A stretch of 64,000 nucleotides of DNA from Lingula anatina (lineage: Eukaryota; Animalia; Brachiopoda): the NCBI GenBank assembly GCA_051362555.1, contig CM120645.1, positions 3,224,001 through 3,288,000 of the forward strand. Reading direction: 5' to 3'. Position 1 is the first letter of the stretch, and every line of letters begins with the position of its first letter. The notes below the pieces were generated by a model. It had not been told where the DNA came from. It did no database searches and saw nothing but the letters and a program-made list of their open reading frames with translations. Made by a program: the position numbers and the translations under genes. Shown piece after piece: positions 14,601 through 26,500 of the stretch.

Positions 14601-17600
14601 ATTTGCCAGTCCATCTGATATTGTGACCAAGATCTCTGTACTTGCTCCCTAGTAAGGTCTCATTTGTTTTTCCTCTGTATATGCAATCATACACTCATGG
14701 ACGTGTGTGTGTTTTAACTACTAATCATCATTGGGCCTTTTAAGACAAAATCATATGGATAATGTTTCGTAATTCAAAATACGAAAGCATCAAAAAAATA
14801 TAAACAAATATTACTATTAAAGCCAGCCCTTAGCAATAATTAACCCCATTGAGTTTAAAATCCTGGATCATTTAGAATTAATAATTCCATATGAAGGGCA
14901 TCATCTTGTTGTCTAAAACATTAACCTAGTACAGACTTTAAACCATTTCATCTTAATCAAATGTCACTCCTTTTTCTATGAAATTTTGGCTTGTTCCATT
15001 TCAGATATATAATTTTGACACAGAAGACATCTTTGTATAAGTGTGCAAGTCAAACCATTCAAATTGTCTAAGCTGAATTAATCATGTGGCAACACCCACG
15101 GAATTTAAGGAAATCAGATTCGTCATCAAGATTGTATCATCTATCACTGCTGTTCAGTTTACTCAACTGTGTAATACAAATCCAAACCCGTCACTCATGA
15201 CTTCTAGGAAACAAGACCTGTTACTGTGATGTTATCAATTGCTTTCAAATAGACGTATTTACATCATCTGCACGGCAGGAACATTTAAATAAACAAGAGA
15301 AAACTACTGGGCACAATATATGCGGACTTGAGTAGAGATGAAGACACCAATGATGAGCAAGTCTTCCGCGTATGTTCTCTTAATGTTGTTATACCTGAAC
15401 ACCTACACCCAAGGTTATCCATTGGAAAAAAAGGCACACTGCAGGACTCGTAACTGGATGCGAATTTTTCCTAATTTTTGTTTTATTATATCCCACACAA
15501 ATGCGACGAAAGGTTCAAGATTGTCCACTAAAGCAGATAAAAGAAAACATTTAAGCAGTTTCCCCATTATCAAGTTAGGTTTTTCCTTGGTTATGTCCTT
15601 TTTACTGTGCTCTGCTTAAATGCAAATTAAAACAATAATATTTTAATGTTTAAAAATCTGCAGAAATGGACATAGCATATTTTGTCACACTTTCTCCAAT
15701 TTGAAAAGACCTTCGGTCTTACTTCAATTCAAGAGATTGGCAAACTCATGCACTTCTTATGTCTTTTTTATTTTTTATTTTTATTATTTTTTATTATTAT
15801 TTTCTTCTTAGTAAACCCCACTTTATAATCCTTACATGTGATTTAAATGATTTAAAGTTTTTACTGGCTTAAGATAATTTCAACAATTTGAATAAGTTTA
15901 TACCAATGTAGATTTAAGAGGATTATGAAGAAACCCTTTGCAAATATCAAAATATCTAATCCAACAGTGGTGTGAAAAATGTCAATTATCCCTTCTTTAA
16001 CCTCTGAAGGTCAAATTGGATCAGTGTTATCAAATTATTGTAAACTTGATGCTGCACACTGCGAGTGGTTGAAATATGTCACTTTCAAGAAGCCATTTGC
16101 CAGTTCCCCTGATGTTGTGACTGCTATCTCTTTACTCGATTCCTGGTAAGGTGTGTTCTCTTTATGTTATCATGTACACCAACATATATCAGTAAAAATA
16201 CATAGCACATAAAAGAATGTAAGTCAGAATTTAATAGAATGGCAATTAATTCTAAATTTGTAAATAATTACCATACAAGTACATATATATTTATAAATAT
16301 AGTATATACCAAAGGAGTCAACTTAATTCTTCACTGTTTGTATGAAATGTTTCATATATTTAACATAATGAGCTGACAAAACATATCAAGAAGTCTTATT
16401 ATATTTTATTTTTATCATCTAATTAATTTATTGATTTATTTGTATTATTTCTACATATCATTTTCTTTTTTTTTTTTAATTTAGGCATGGTGGTAACATC
16501 CGTATAAACATGCGACCATCACATATGTGTTTTGTGATGAACTTTGGTGTGTTTGGACAAGGAACCAATCCTCCAACTCACATCTACATTATCAAAGCTG
16601 CATGGACTGCATGCGCTAAAGTTTAACCAAACACCAAGCAAGAATAAAGAACTCTGAGATCCTGATTCTAACACACCAAGCCACTCTATTATATATAATA
16701 TTTGGATGTACATACTGATAAATAAAATGAACTCCTATATTCAGAAAAGACCCTAACATGAAGCACAAGTCCTCAGAATTAAAATTTACTGTTCTATGTG
16801 CTAAACTAAAATGGTGAAAAAGAGAAACTGAAATAATCAGAAAAAAAATTAAATAGAGCGCACCTTTGTGATAAAAGGAAAAGTGCAATATATTTCAAAG
16901 AATTTCTTATTATAAATAAAGAACCAACATGCATTATATGTCTTAAAAATATTTCCACATTTACCTTGAAAGCAAGATGTTCTAAAAAGTGTGCCGTTCC
17001 ATTATTAGATGGATCTTCATAACGACTGCCAGCATCAATGAAAAGACCCACCTAAGTAAAAAGTTAAACAAAGACTGGTAATCGAAATCACATTTCTGCA
17101 AGCATTTCATATTTTCATATATATTTGGGTTTAAGTAAGACTTTTGAGATTGGCTAGCCATCAGTGTAATGTGGGAAACTGGTCATAACTTTTTAGGATT
17201 AATCAATAACAGTCCATTAAAGTTAGTTGGTCTATAACATTTGCCATGTTGTTTTTTGTTTAAAAAACAAACACAATCTTTTATCCGGAAGGACTAATAC
17301 AGCTTCATTTTTGGTCAAACAGACTTAAATTTTAAGTCTTGAAAATTAAACTAAGCCGTGGTTTTTCTGAGAAAATGAAGTTTAGAGCTGAAAATATGAG
17401 TGCCCAAGCACTAGCTACTGCTTAAGCTACATGGAGACTTGACTGAATGAAAACCAACATGACATTAAGCACAAATCACTTACCACACAGGTGAGAAGAG
17501 CCGAGTCCTAAGAGACTTACCGTACAGGTGGGAAGACCAGAGTCTTCAGAGGTTACTCTGAAACCATTGGGCAATTGGGTCAATTTGGTTTCTGGCACAT

Positions 17601-18163
17601 TAAGGACAAGTTCTGGCTGTGCTGAAAAAGTCCTGCTGCTTGCCAAACACCACACAGGAAGCTGAGGAGAAATAGGTATATATATTTAAAATCCTTTACC
17701 AAGTAAGTTGGTAAGGGGCAATGTTAACGATACTATGTAATTTTTGGGTAAGAGGTTGATAACCTAATGAATACTGCTTTTGCCTTGGAGTATGCATAAC
17801 AATGATGTCCGCAACATTTCTTCATCGTATGTGCCATTTGCAATAAGGTTTGTAATACGTTTCAGGCAACTGAAAAAGAGTTTAAAAACAACTTTTAGAC
17901 ATTATCCTCAACGGGCAAGCATCTTGAGTGCAGCAGACGGAAAACGTGACAACACCACGACTCAAGTCGGGCGATGGTCTTGAAAAGTTGAATTGATAAA
18001 ATATCCCCGTCTTCCAATGCATCTAGTTTTCACCGACATTTTCAAGCAAAAAAAAATTACAAAGATAATATCTGACTATCTTACATCATAATATCCTTAC
18101 CTTTTGTCGTCCAGTTAGCGTTTTTGTGACAGAAGATGCCGACCTTAAAAGCCTCAACGCCAT
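3265..18163 (-). CDS. PMPCB: Mitochondrial processing peptidase beta subunit (M16 family), 13 exons, about 474 aa
   Basis: Exons 18101-18163, 17521-17661, 16965-17051, 9941-10070, 9272-9470, 8814-8893, 8470-8576, 7234-7469, 6744-6809, 6248-6364, 4588-4645, 3797-3872, 3265-3329. All junctions are GT-AG and the frame is continuous (1425 nt). Arg/Ser-rich presequence [14 protein letters not shown]; inverted Zn motif HFLEH; also [16 protein letters not shown] and [14 protein letters not shown]. Confidence 0.95.
4048..4114. repeat. Imperfect 67-bp hairpin in PMPCB intron 11, probably part of a non-autonomous element
   Basis: gtcagcgagggttatgtggcatacac pairs with gtggatgtcacataacccttgctgac; a further inverted pair tttagaccac/gtggtctaaa lies at about 4123 and 4222. 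Confidence 0.6.
4897..6284 (-). repeat. 61-bp minisatellite, about 23 copies, made of the PMPCB exon 10 3' end plus its 5' splice site
   Basis: Unit on the minus strand: tggatgacaccaccaacatctgtgaggacatcggcag|gtaggtttgggtaataaacagtga. The copy at the high-coordinate end is the real exon end ([13 protein letters not shown]). Confidence 0.97.
8205..8318. repeat. Degenerate tandem repeat of about 30 bp (aatcttgccacagatctggagtga-like), 3-4 copies
   Basis: The core atcttgc(a/c)acaga(t/c)(c/t)tgga recurs at about 30-bp spacing. Confidence 0.6.
9472..9697 (-). repeat. Tandem repeat of about 53 bp, about 4 copies, of the intron 3' end (polypyrimidine tract) before PMPCB exon 5
   Basis: Unit gaaaaaaatacaataacaagtgtccacagcaagcgctactgattcc, directly abutting the acceptor AG at 9471-9472. 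Confidence 0.95.
11080..13114. mobile_element. Non-autonomous DNA transposon, about 2.0 kb, with CA(G/T)GGGCGTAAC TIRs and a 5-bp TSD (hAT-like)
   Basis: Left end catgggcgtaactag, right end ctggttacgcccctg, flanked on both sides by TACTT (11075-11079 and 13115-13119). Subterminal ctgtgcgtacaatttt occurs near both ends. No transposase ORF seen. Confidence 0.7.
12395..12690. repeat. Irregular array of gagaaggcaattttcatat-like motifs inside the transposon
   Basis: The motif (ga)gaa(g/a)gcaatttt(c/t)a recurs 5 times, with spacing alternating between about 55 and about 80 bp. Confidence 0.7.
13940..14138. mobile_element. Short inverted-repeat element (MITE-like)
   Basis: gaccacattactcgttattaaggtgtgcgtcagtac versus gtactgatgcacaccttgaaacaggtagtgtggtc, an imperfect inverted repeat of about 35 bp. 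Confidence 0.6.
14481..14651 (+). pseudogene. Decayed paralogous exon of the nested H-type-lectin-like gene
   Basis: Aligns by eye with 16010-16145 (QIG..SNY..C....HCQWLK....F.K.FAS..D.VT.IS.L) and keeps the ag/gtaag borders, but has an in-frame TAG and an (ATT)n insertion. Confidence 0.7.
15338..16626 (+). CDS. Secreted H-type-lectin-like protein, about 117 aa, nested antisense in PMPCB intron 3
   Basis: Exons 15338-15413 (signal-peptide-like, weak donor GTTATC), 16010-16145 and 16485-16626, in frame (354 nt). Motifs [25 protein letters not shown] and [11 protein letters not shown] resemble the H-lectin domain pattern. AATAAA at about 16643. Confidence 0.7.
17478..17551 (-). repeat. 37-bp two-copy duplication of the PMPCB exon 2 end plus donor site
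   Basis: Plus-strand acttaccacacaggtgagaagagccgagtcctaagag is followed by acttaccgtacaggtgggaagaccagagtcttcagag, which is the real exon end. Confidence 0.75.
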
Positions 18164-18188
18164 TTTGGCCTCTTTCGGAAGTGAATTC

Positions 18189-18200
18189 TGCGCCTGCGCA
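18189..18200. promoter_or_regulatory. NRF-1/Ewg-type site upstream of PMPCB
   Basis: TGCGCCTGCGCA is one mismatch from the palindromic TGCGCATGCGCA consensus and lies about 25 bp upstream of the ATG of a nuclear-encoded mitochondrial gene. Confidence 0.7.
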
Positions 18201-19921
18201 TTAACTCATACTCAACTAACACAATCGATTTATAAATAAAGTGCGGTTGGTGAAATAGCGTATGGGTGCTATCAGTATCAGGCCGACAGATTGATTTTTT
18301 TATTCATAGATACGTTTTTAGATAAAAAGGTAGTCATTTCATTCTCTGTCACATTGTGATGAAATCTCAATGATGATTACGTGGCTGGTAATTGTTTGCA
18401 TGACTGCTCAGGCACTGCAACTTAACAGCTAGGCCCAAACCCAGTCCCCTTCACAACAGCAGTCAAGACAGTTAATTGCTCCGATTTAAATCACTTGCTC
18501 TTTTGTAACAGACAAAAACAACCCCTTATGGATAGCTTTTACTTCAGATTGAAGTTAACTGAGAAATCTCCTGTAGTAACCCCATACAGAAAGGGTACAA
18601 TGCCATACGTGCTTCCAGATTTAATTGCTTCAATTTGGCCAAAGGTCACAGGGAGGCTTTTTCAAGATTTCCCTATAATATCTGCCACCGCCCTGGTAGA
18701 GGGTAGCGTATGGAGATTTCAAACTAACTCCATTGAGATTCTCGCTGAATGCAATCAGGTAAACAGATTAACATGCACAAATTTGTGGCAAGTTAGCAAG
18801 ACAGAAATTTATGCATGGTTAGTAACCTATTCTTTTTATGTACAGATTGACACATCACACCAGCAATGAAGAGCCAGAATTTGACCAACTGTTCCTATTC
18901 CTTTTCATTTCAACACAAAATGCTTCGATCTTTACCAAAAATGTACCCCCCCCCCCCTTTTTGACCCCCCTTTTTGACCACCCTGTATATTTGCGAAATC
19001 TACTTTATCTAAAACTCTGGTGAAAGAATTAAAGTGATAAATCTAGATTTTTGTGTATGCAAACATTTTTCAACTGACACATTGCTATTATATGCACAGT
19101 TTTTTTTTTATTCAGTAAGTAAGGTTTGAGTAAAGAAAGATTTAAAAATATCAACCCTTGGTACTTTGCAGTATTCCTCCATAATGTAACTCTCTAATTT
19201 TTAATCCTAATTGAAATTTAGCTATGTGGCAACTTATATCAATCTTTATTGATTATATTTATTGATTATAAGCTTTGTATGTTTCACAGTTTTGCTGCTT
19301 TGTTTTTTTAAACAGATGTCATAAGATTTATAGCAAACCACAATTATCTTTAATTATCTCAATTGTTCTTACCTCTAATTATCTTGATGCAATAAATTAA
19401 GATATTTAAATAATTACAATGCACACAGATCATTTGAGATTTTCTATTAATTCCTCTGTAATCTTGTTATCATAATAAATTGTCCCAAACTGGCAAAGTA
19501 TGGGTGAAACAAAATTATTAAAGCAGCATTCCAGCAGCAACTAATTTTTCATTTTTATTTGATGGATATCTGGTCCTAAGTTCCTTTGTCAATAAAAAAA
19601 AAGGAGATAAAATGATAAAATATTACATCCTTTCGCATTCTGTGATGTTGCAAAGCAGAAAATGCACTTTGCCTCCCTTTACCTCCTTCCACGTCTATAT
19701 CCAGAAGTGAGGATTTGTAATAAACACTGATGCAAAGGTTCTTCAACTCACATGATCTGCCAAAACCCCACTGGATAACATGATTCCGTCTTGTTTTTCG
19801 TCCAAAAAATCTCGATGTGCAGTTGCTGCTTCTAAAATTTATAAACCTAATTTGATTCCTTTTTTCTAAAAATTTTTAAAAAATCCTAGTGCCACCCCAG
19901 GTGCAGCGTACATTAATTTCA

Positions 19922-22900
19922 CTAAGGCATCATGCGCAGAGCACCATCCAGACGTATAGTCTCTCCATTCAGGTACGGGTTCTCTACTATGCACTGAACC
20001 ATGTGAGCATAAACATCTGGGTCTCCCAGCATTGGTGGGAATGGCACAGTCTTGGCAAGAACATCCTGGACTTTATCTGGTAACTTCATCAAGAGGGGCG
20101 TCTTAAATAAACCTGAAAAAAATATTCAAATAAATAATCAATTAAACAGAGAAAAAAAAAAGAATAAAGAGACTTTAAATTGACAGTACTGTGACAATGC
20201 TCCAGGGTTTATGTCTCATATTTCAGCCAAAAAAAAAACAAAATTAAAGTTTTCTCTAAAACCAAATTTACTAACACCATTTACATTGAATTGGGTATTA
20301 CCTGGCGCTATGGTAACGACTCTTATCCCCAAGAGAGACAGGTCCCTGGCCATCGGTAAACACATCCCTATTATCCCTCCTTTACTGGCCGAATACGCCA
20401 CCTGTCCAGTTTGACCCTCATAGCCAGCCACACTGGACGTGTTCACAATAACACCTCTCTGGCCATCGACTGTAGGTTCGTTGTCAAGCATTAATCCTGT
20501 AACAAGGCGGCAAACATTGAATGTCCCTACAGTGTTGACCTGAAATAATTTTAATGTGGTTATGGGTTGTTGTGGTTGAAAGCAAATGAAAAGATTACTT
20601 ACCCCTGAGCAGATCTTGTTTTATCCATTAAAAACATTTAGAAACTACAGCTGTTTTGATCACAGAAATGAAAAATGAAAACATTTTTTCACAGTGATTG
20701 TGTTTAAATTTTAAATATGCAGTTAACTGCGGCTGAAAGAAAAAAGTGATACTGGAAGTCCAATTCTTAAACTCCTTATTGAAACCAAGTGTTTGCTGAA
20801 GAATCAAATTCGATTTCATCCTAAGATACATTTTATGGTTGCCTTCTCCACTTGTCACTCGTTTACATTTTTCATGTATCAGTCAATTTCATTGCAGATA
20901 ATTATTGTTTTTTAGACCATCCACCTAAATGTAAAATAAATGTTATCCTTCATTACATGATAAAGTAAACACGATTTTAATTTAAAGACTACAGAGATAC
21001 TGGTTTGTCATGAATCAAAATGTATCACAGAGCTTACCTTTATAACTTCTTCAAATGCTTCCAGTGAATGCGGTCTTGCCTTTCCCTTGTTGTAAGTTTT
21101 GATGGCAATCCCTATGCCTGCACAATTGACAGCAACATCGAGTTTCCCAAACTCTTTCTTAGCCATCTCCACAGCTGCAGAAACGTCACTCTCAGAGGTG
21201 ACCTGAAAGGGAAACTGGTTCTACAAAATCTGCCATGGCCGAACTAGTGCCACGGGGTGGGTGCATGGGGTGCATAGGGTGGGGTGGGTGGGGTGCATGG
21301 GGTGAGTGGGGTAGATGGGTTGGGGTATGAATATAGTGCATAGGTGGGTCAGTCTTGACATTTTGTCATTTTTCCTATTTACCAAAAAGAAGTACACTCA
21401 AAATAATATGGCATGGGGTTACTACACATCATCAAGGCTTTTAGTTTCTCCATTCTTAATGTGCCTATAAAATATAACCCAGTTTCTGAGCTACTGAATT
21501 CCCCAATTTCAGTGTGTATTAAAGGGGCTTGAAGTGAAAGATTATGCATACCAAACCAAGTGAATGCTTCTACTTTTACTTTTAACTTCAAGCATATGCT
21601 TTTACATTTTGCTTCTGCTATATTTGCTTCATTTTTATGCATACGGCCCAATGAAAGCATACTAGTATCTTAAAATAAATCATATTACGTATGAGCGTAA
21701 GTTATGCATATTTCTCATGCCATTTATTAGCACATATAGTACACATCATAGGAATGGTTAAACCATGAAAATTCAAGCCTACAGGTTACATGAAGTCTAC
21801 TTTATTTTCACCTAGCTGGAACATGCAGCACAATTAATAATTCAATAATAATAATAATAAAATTTAAATAAAACTTACATCTGCAGGAGCAAAGACACAT
21901 GGCTTGCCAAGATCTTCAGCAATCTTGTTCCCATCGGAACTAGGGAGGTCAACAAGGACAACTTTGGCACCTTCACGAATAAACCTTTGAACTGTCCCAC
22001 AGCCAAGACCAGAAGCCCCACCTGTTACCAAGGCAACCATTCCCTGATAGACATAACAATGAGGATCATTCATGAATAACATATTGATCAGGCTTAAAAT
22101 CCATCACTGTGCACAGATGATTTTGCTGGGGGAAAGAGGGAGAGCTTGCTTACTATTGCATTGCATGTCTTAACTATTGCATACAGGTACTTTTTTAGGA
22201 AGGGGGGGGGGGGGGAGGGGGGAGTAAGAATTTTAGGCTGTGTTCAGAACAGAAGTTATTATAATAGCAAGATTGATCTATCTCAGTGGGGATTTTCACA
22301 GTCATGGAATCAGCTTAATTGTCTGGCATGCCCCCTCGCAAAGCACCATGAACAATATCATGCACCACAAAGTTTTCCCCGACTTTCCTTAAGTTCTTTA
22401 AGTTATGAGGAGGCATGCAAGACAATTGTGCTGATTACACTGACTGCCCCTTAGTGAGAATCCCCACTGAAGTAGATTGATCTTGCTAGTACAATAACTA
22501 CACTGTGAACACAGCTTTAAATTATATGTACCGGTACAGTATAGACTCATCTCAAACTAAAGGATTTAAAGGGCTAACCAAAAAGAAGCTTTTGAGTCTG
22601 ACGTAATATATTTGCTATAGGTAATATATGACTTACGGCATTTTTGTACACGTAGTAAAGTTTGACTTTAAAAAGTCCACTTTCTCAGAAAAAAATCCCC
22701 TCTCCCCCTCTTCTCTTTGAAATTGCTGGCTACAGGCTTGGTGCGATGCGTGCGTGCATGTGTAAGTGTGTGGGTGTGGACGGGGGGCACATGAGACAAT
22801 CTAAACAATGACTGGCCTTGTATGCAGGCATGAGACATGGTGGGATTCTTATAATATTTATAAATATTTAAACGTTTAAAATCACATTGAATATTAATTT

Positions 22901-23236
22901 TAAGGGCTTTAACTTGATGTAGTTTGTTACATTTTTTTTTTTTTTTGAGAAAACGACTACATCTTTTGGAGCGTTATAAAAACAGTGAATTGAAAAACTT
23001 GGCAAGCAAGGATAAACAATCTGAAACATGATTCATGGACTTTGTGGTACTCATGGTCACACTCGTGTTACTGTAAGGTGCACGTGGAGTTGGGTCACTG
23101 CAACTAACTTGCGTAAGCAGAGAAATAAAGACAATAATGAAAACGAAGTAACCTTAAATGTTCATATAAAAACATAAAATGATGAGCACAGTGACTATAT
23201 AACAGTCTTTACCTTTAGTTTCGCTATTTGTGACAT
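19922..23236 (-). CDS. HSD17B10: 3-hydroxyacyl-CoA dehydrogenase type 2 / 17-beta-HSD10 (MRPP2, scully), 5 exons, about 260 aa
   Basis: Exons 23213-23236, 21879-22043, 21038-21202, 20302-20539 and 19922-20112 (783 nt). [18 protein letters not shown] and LPMARDL motifs; C-terminus [17 protein letters not shown]. Confidence 0.96.
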
Positions 23237-23530
23237 TTTGGGTACCTTTGCCCGAAAATTGTTTATCTGTTAAGCTTGTCTTGCCAAGAGAGTCCCACAT
23301 ATTAACACAATTTTAACTTTTCAACTTTTCAATATATTCATATTCACACCAAAAGAAATTAAAATCGTTCAACATTCACAAACATTAGAAAAACGAAAAA
23401 TGGACTAGATATATGACAGTAAAGAGAGGCAAAGATCAATAAATCAAGGCTCGTCATGGATGGCATATCAAGATGGTGCTGACATCTTGAGCCACCTGTT
23501 TCACGTGACTAGTCACAACATACCCGTAAA
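23237..23530. promoter_or_regulatory. Bidirectional promoter (HSD17B10/sortilin) with a CLEAR-like E-box
   Basis: The divergent ATGs are only 294 bp apart. TCACGTGAC at 23501-23509 is a 9/10 match to GTCACGTGAC. Confidence 0.7.
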
Positions 23531-26500
23531 ATGGCGTTCAAGGAAGGAGGACTAGTTTTGCTTTTATTATGCGACATAATTTGTATCCAGAAATGCTGTT
23601 CGCTTGACATTCATATGGAGAAGACGCAAAAAATGAAAGACTCATCGGTGCAGAATTATTTGAGGAGTACAGACGAGTTGACTCGCGTGAAAAGAGATTA
23701 TGATCTGAACCTTCCAGGAAGAAATCAGCGATTTCGTCGTGATGCAGAGGACACGACGTGTGAGCAGCAGAAAAACCAGCTAGATTTTACAACTCCAGAC
23801 TTTGTGAACACGGTAAAATATATTTTTCTAGCGTTTTCAGTATATGGGAGTTTAATGAGAGTGCTTTTCATTTATTATTACATATTCAGATTCAGATTAT
23901 TGCGGAAGTTTCACAGCCGTGGGCTTAGGTTAACATGCATTCCTGAAGCATATAACTCTGACAGACTTGATATGATATTGCCAGCCAATAGGGCCTATGG
24001 TTGGGAAATGGCACACAATGTATGTATACTTGATGTTTAGATTTATTCCGATTTGTTTTCAGCACCAGTTTGTGAATGAAACCAAAGCGAGCATGGCCCT
24101 AGCGTGGGCAGGCGACAATTCTGGGGTAAGTTAAAGTAGTTTTGGTTTCACTATCAAGTCTTATTAATACCGCCATGGCAGGAAAGCACTTGTTGAGTAA
24201 TAAGTGGCAGGCAACAGAAACTGAAGAGAGAAATTTTAAAGTACAAAGACTAGTCGATTGGATTACAAGCAAAATATTCTGCAACTTTTATGGGATTTGA
24301 ATATTTCATTGTCATGTCCCTTTCCATAATTTATTACAGATGATAAATATAAATAAACATAATTCAGAATGGCTTCCGTTATTTATCACATGGGATAAAA
24401 TTCTCTGAAAATCAATTAGACATTAAAAGTAAAGAAAAAACTCTTGGAATAGTAAGTATATTTAATTTTTTTTAAATCCAAACAGTAGATATTATACATG
24501 GTTGGGATATTTTAAATGAGACATTTCTATATCTAATTTGAATTTTTCCAGGTCATATTGGTTGCAGTCACAGAAGAAATGGGGAATTTGGCTAGGCCAT
24601 CTGTCCTATATAGAAGGTGAGATAGGGGTAACATAGGTAGAGGTTTATATGTGTGTCTGCGTCCTTGAACACAAACTGATCCATGATTTATTTTTATGTT
24701 TTCATAGCTTGTCGGGAGTGTAGGCATCATTTTGAAATGGGGTGTTCAAATTAATTTTCCAACTGATACGCCTTCTAAGCTCCAACGGCCCCGAAGAATA
24801 TTTTTTTAATGAATGTTAAAAATTGAAATAAGGACAAAGTGCAAAAGACAGTTGGATAGTTACCTGTCCAAAGACCTGTAGCTTTTCCATCTGCTGGTAT
24901 AAATGGCAGTGTACAACTAATACTTGAAGTTACACAACTTATGACAACATGCTATTCTGGGGTAGCGTTTACACTCGCCTATTTAACGAAGTGCTAGAGC
25001 TGACTTAAACTGGCAAAACAAAAAGGGCTTGATTTGACTCGTTGTAGTCAAATTAACACCATTTGGATAACAAGTTGTCAAAAAAGTGGTGATTTAGCTA
25101 AACAAACAAACAAACAAAAAATGCTAACGCTACCCCAGCTGTTGTTTATGTGGCTCACAAACTTACCATACTGTATATAACCTGGTGTTAAACTTTTTAT
25201 TTTGACTTCTGAATTCAGCACCAACTTTGGCAGATCATTTGAAGACATCAACTCTCGCATTAACAATGTCATCATGAGAAAAGACAATGGGCTGCAGAAA
25301 AATCCTAATGATGCTAATAATGTAAGCTGTATTCCATCTTTTAATTTACTCAGCACTCATATTCTACTGTTACATTTTTTTGCTGCAGTGGTTTTACTTA
25401 TATACATGTACTTAATGTTTTGATTTATTATCACTGAAGCAGTTTGCAGCAGACTTAATGCACAGACCTGTATACTTTAAGCGTGTTTGATATTACTGTT
25501 AAAAGGTTTTAACATAAGGGTAAAAAAGTGCACTTTGCTTATGTAAATGACTATAAAAGGAAAAATTACATCTTATCTGCATTTTGAATCTTTGATGTTA
25601 AAATTTGGCCAAGCATTTCTAAGGCAAAGAGCACAGTCTCTTTCCTTTTGAATATGCATGAGAAAAGCACTGAAATCTATCCTTTTAATTTTTTTTTTCA
25701 GATATTTATTGTTGCACACAACCTCACTGGGGATGTATCTGACCTGTATATTACCCAGGACGGTGGCTCCACCTTTAGCCATTTTACTATGCCTTTCATC
25801 CTTCGCGATGAAATGCTATTTCACCCTAGTAACAATAATCTCATACTTGCCCAAAAAATAGGATATTCTTCCAAGGTAGGTTATCCAATTTAACATCTTA
25901 CATTAAAAAGAAAGTGACAAGTTTGGATTGAGCAGTGATTGCATAGTTTATACATAAGACATAAAAAGGTGTGCATTTAATTTGTGTATGAAAAAGATGT
26001 AACATGTCAGAGCTCTATTATTCATCATGTCACAAATTTTATTGAAAATTAAGGCTCTATAATGGATAGTGCAGTTCTGTTTGATCTCTCTGCTATATAA
26101 TTTTAAAAAATTTGTAAAAAAAAATTAAATGAAATGAGATGTGGCACTAGTCTGAATAAAAACAGTTAAAAAAATGCACGAAAGTTTGGAGTCAGTGAGG
26201 GAAGAGGGGCATCTGGCCACAATGGAATATATTAATCATTGCGTAGCATTATGAGTGTCTTAAAAGAAACGCCCATTGCATATTAGCATACTGAATGGAT
26301 ATTATAATTCCTCATAATGTTTAATTTTAATTTTTTTTTTTTTAATTTTAATTTAAAGATAATTTTGTCAAGAAGTAATTCACACCATACCATGTCTTGT
26401 TTCTAAAATGTCTTTCAGGATTTGTACCTCTCTCAAGACGGAGGTAGAACCTGGCGCTTAATCCATACTGATATTGTTAAGTACAAATGGTGAGTAAGAT

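Noticed and set aside
3265-18163. Alternative identification as UQCRC1 (complex III core 1)
   Set aside because: The HxxEH motif and downstream Glu are intact, as in active beta-MPP; in many invertebrates one protein may serve both roles.
21240-21350. G-rich (ggggt)n tract and several poly-G/poly-C runs (potential G-quadruplexes)
   Set aside because: Such runs occur in many introns across the window and show no specific positional pattern.
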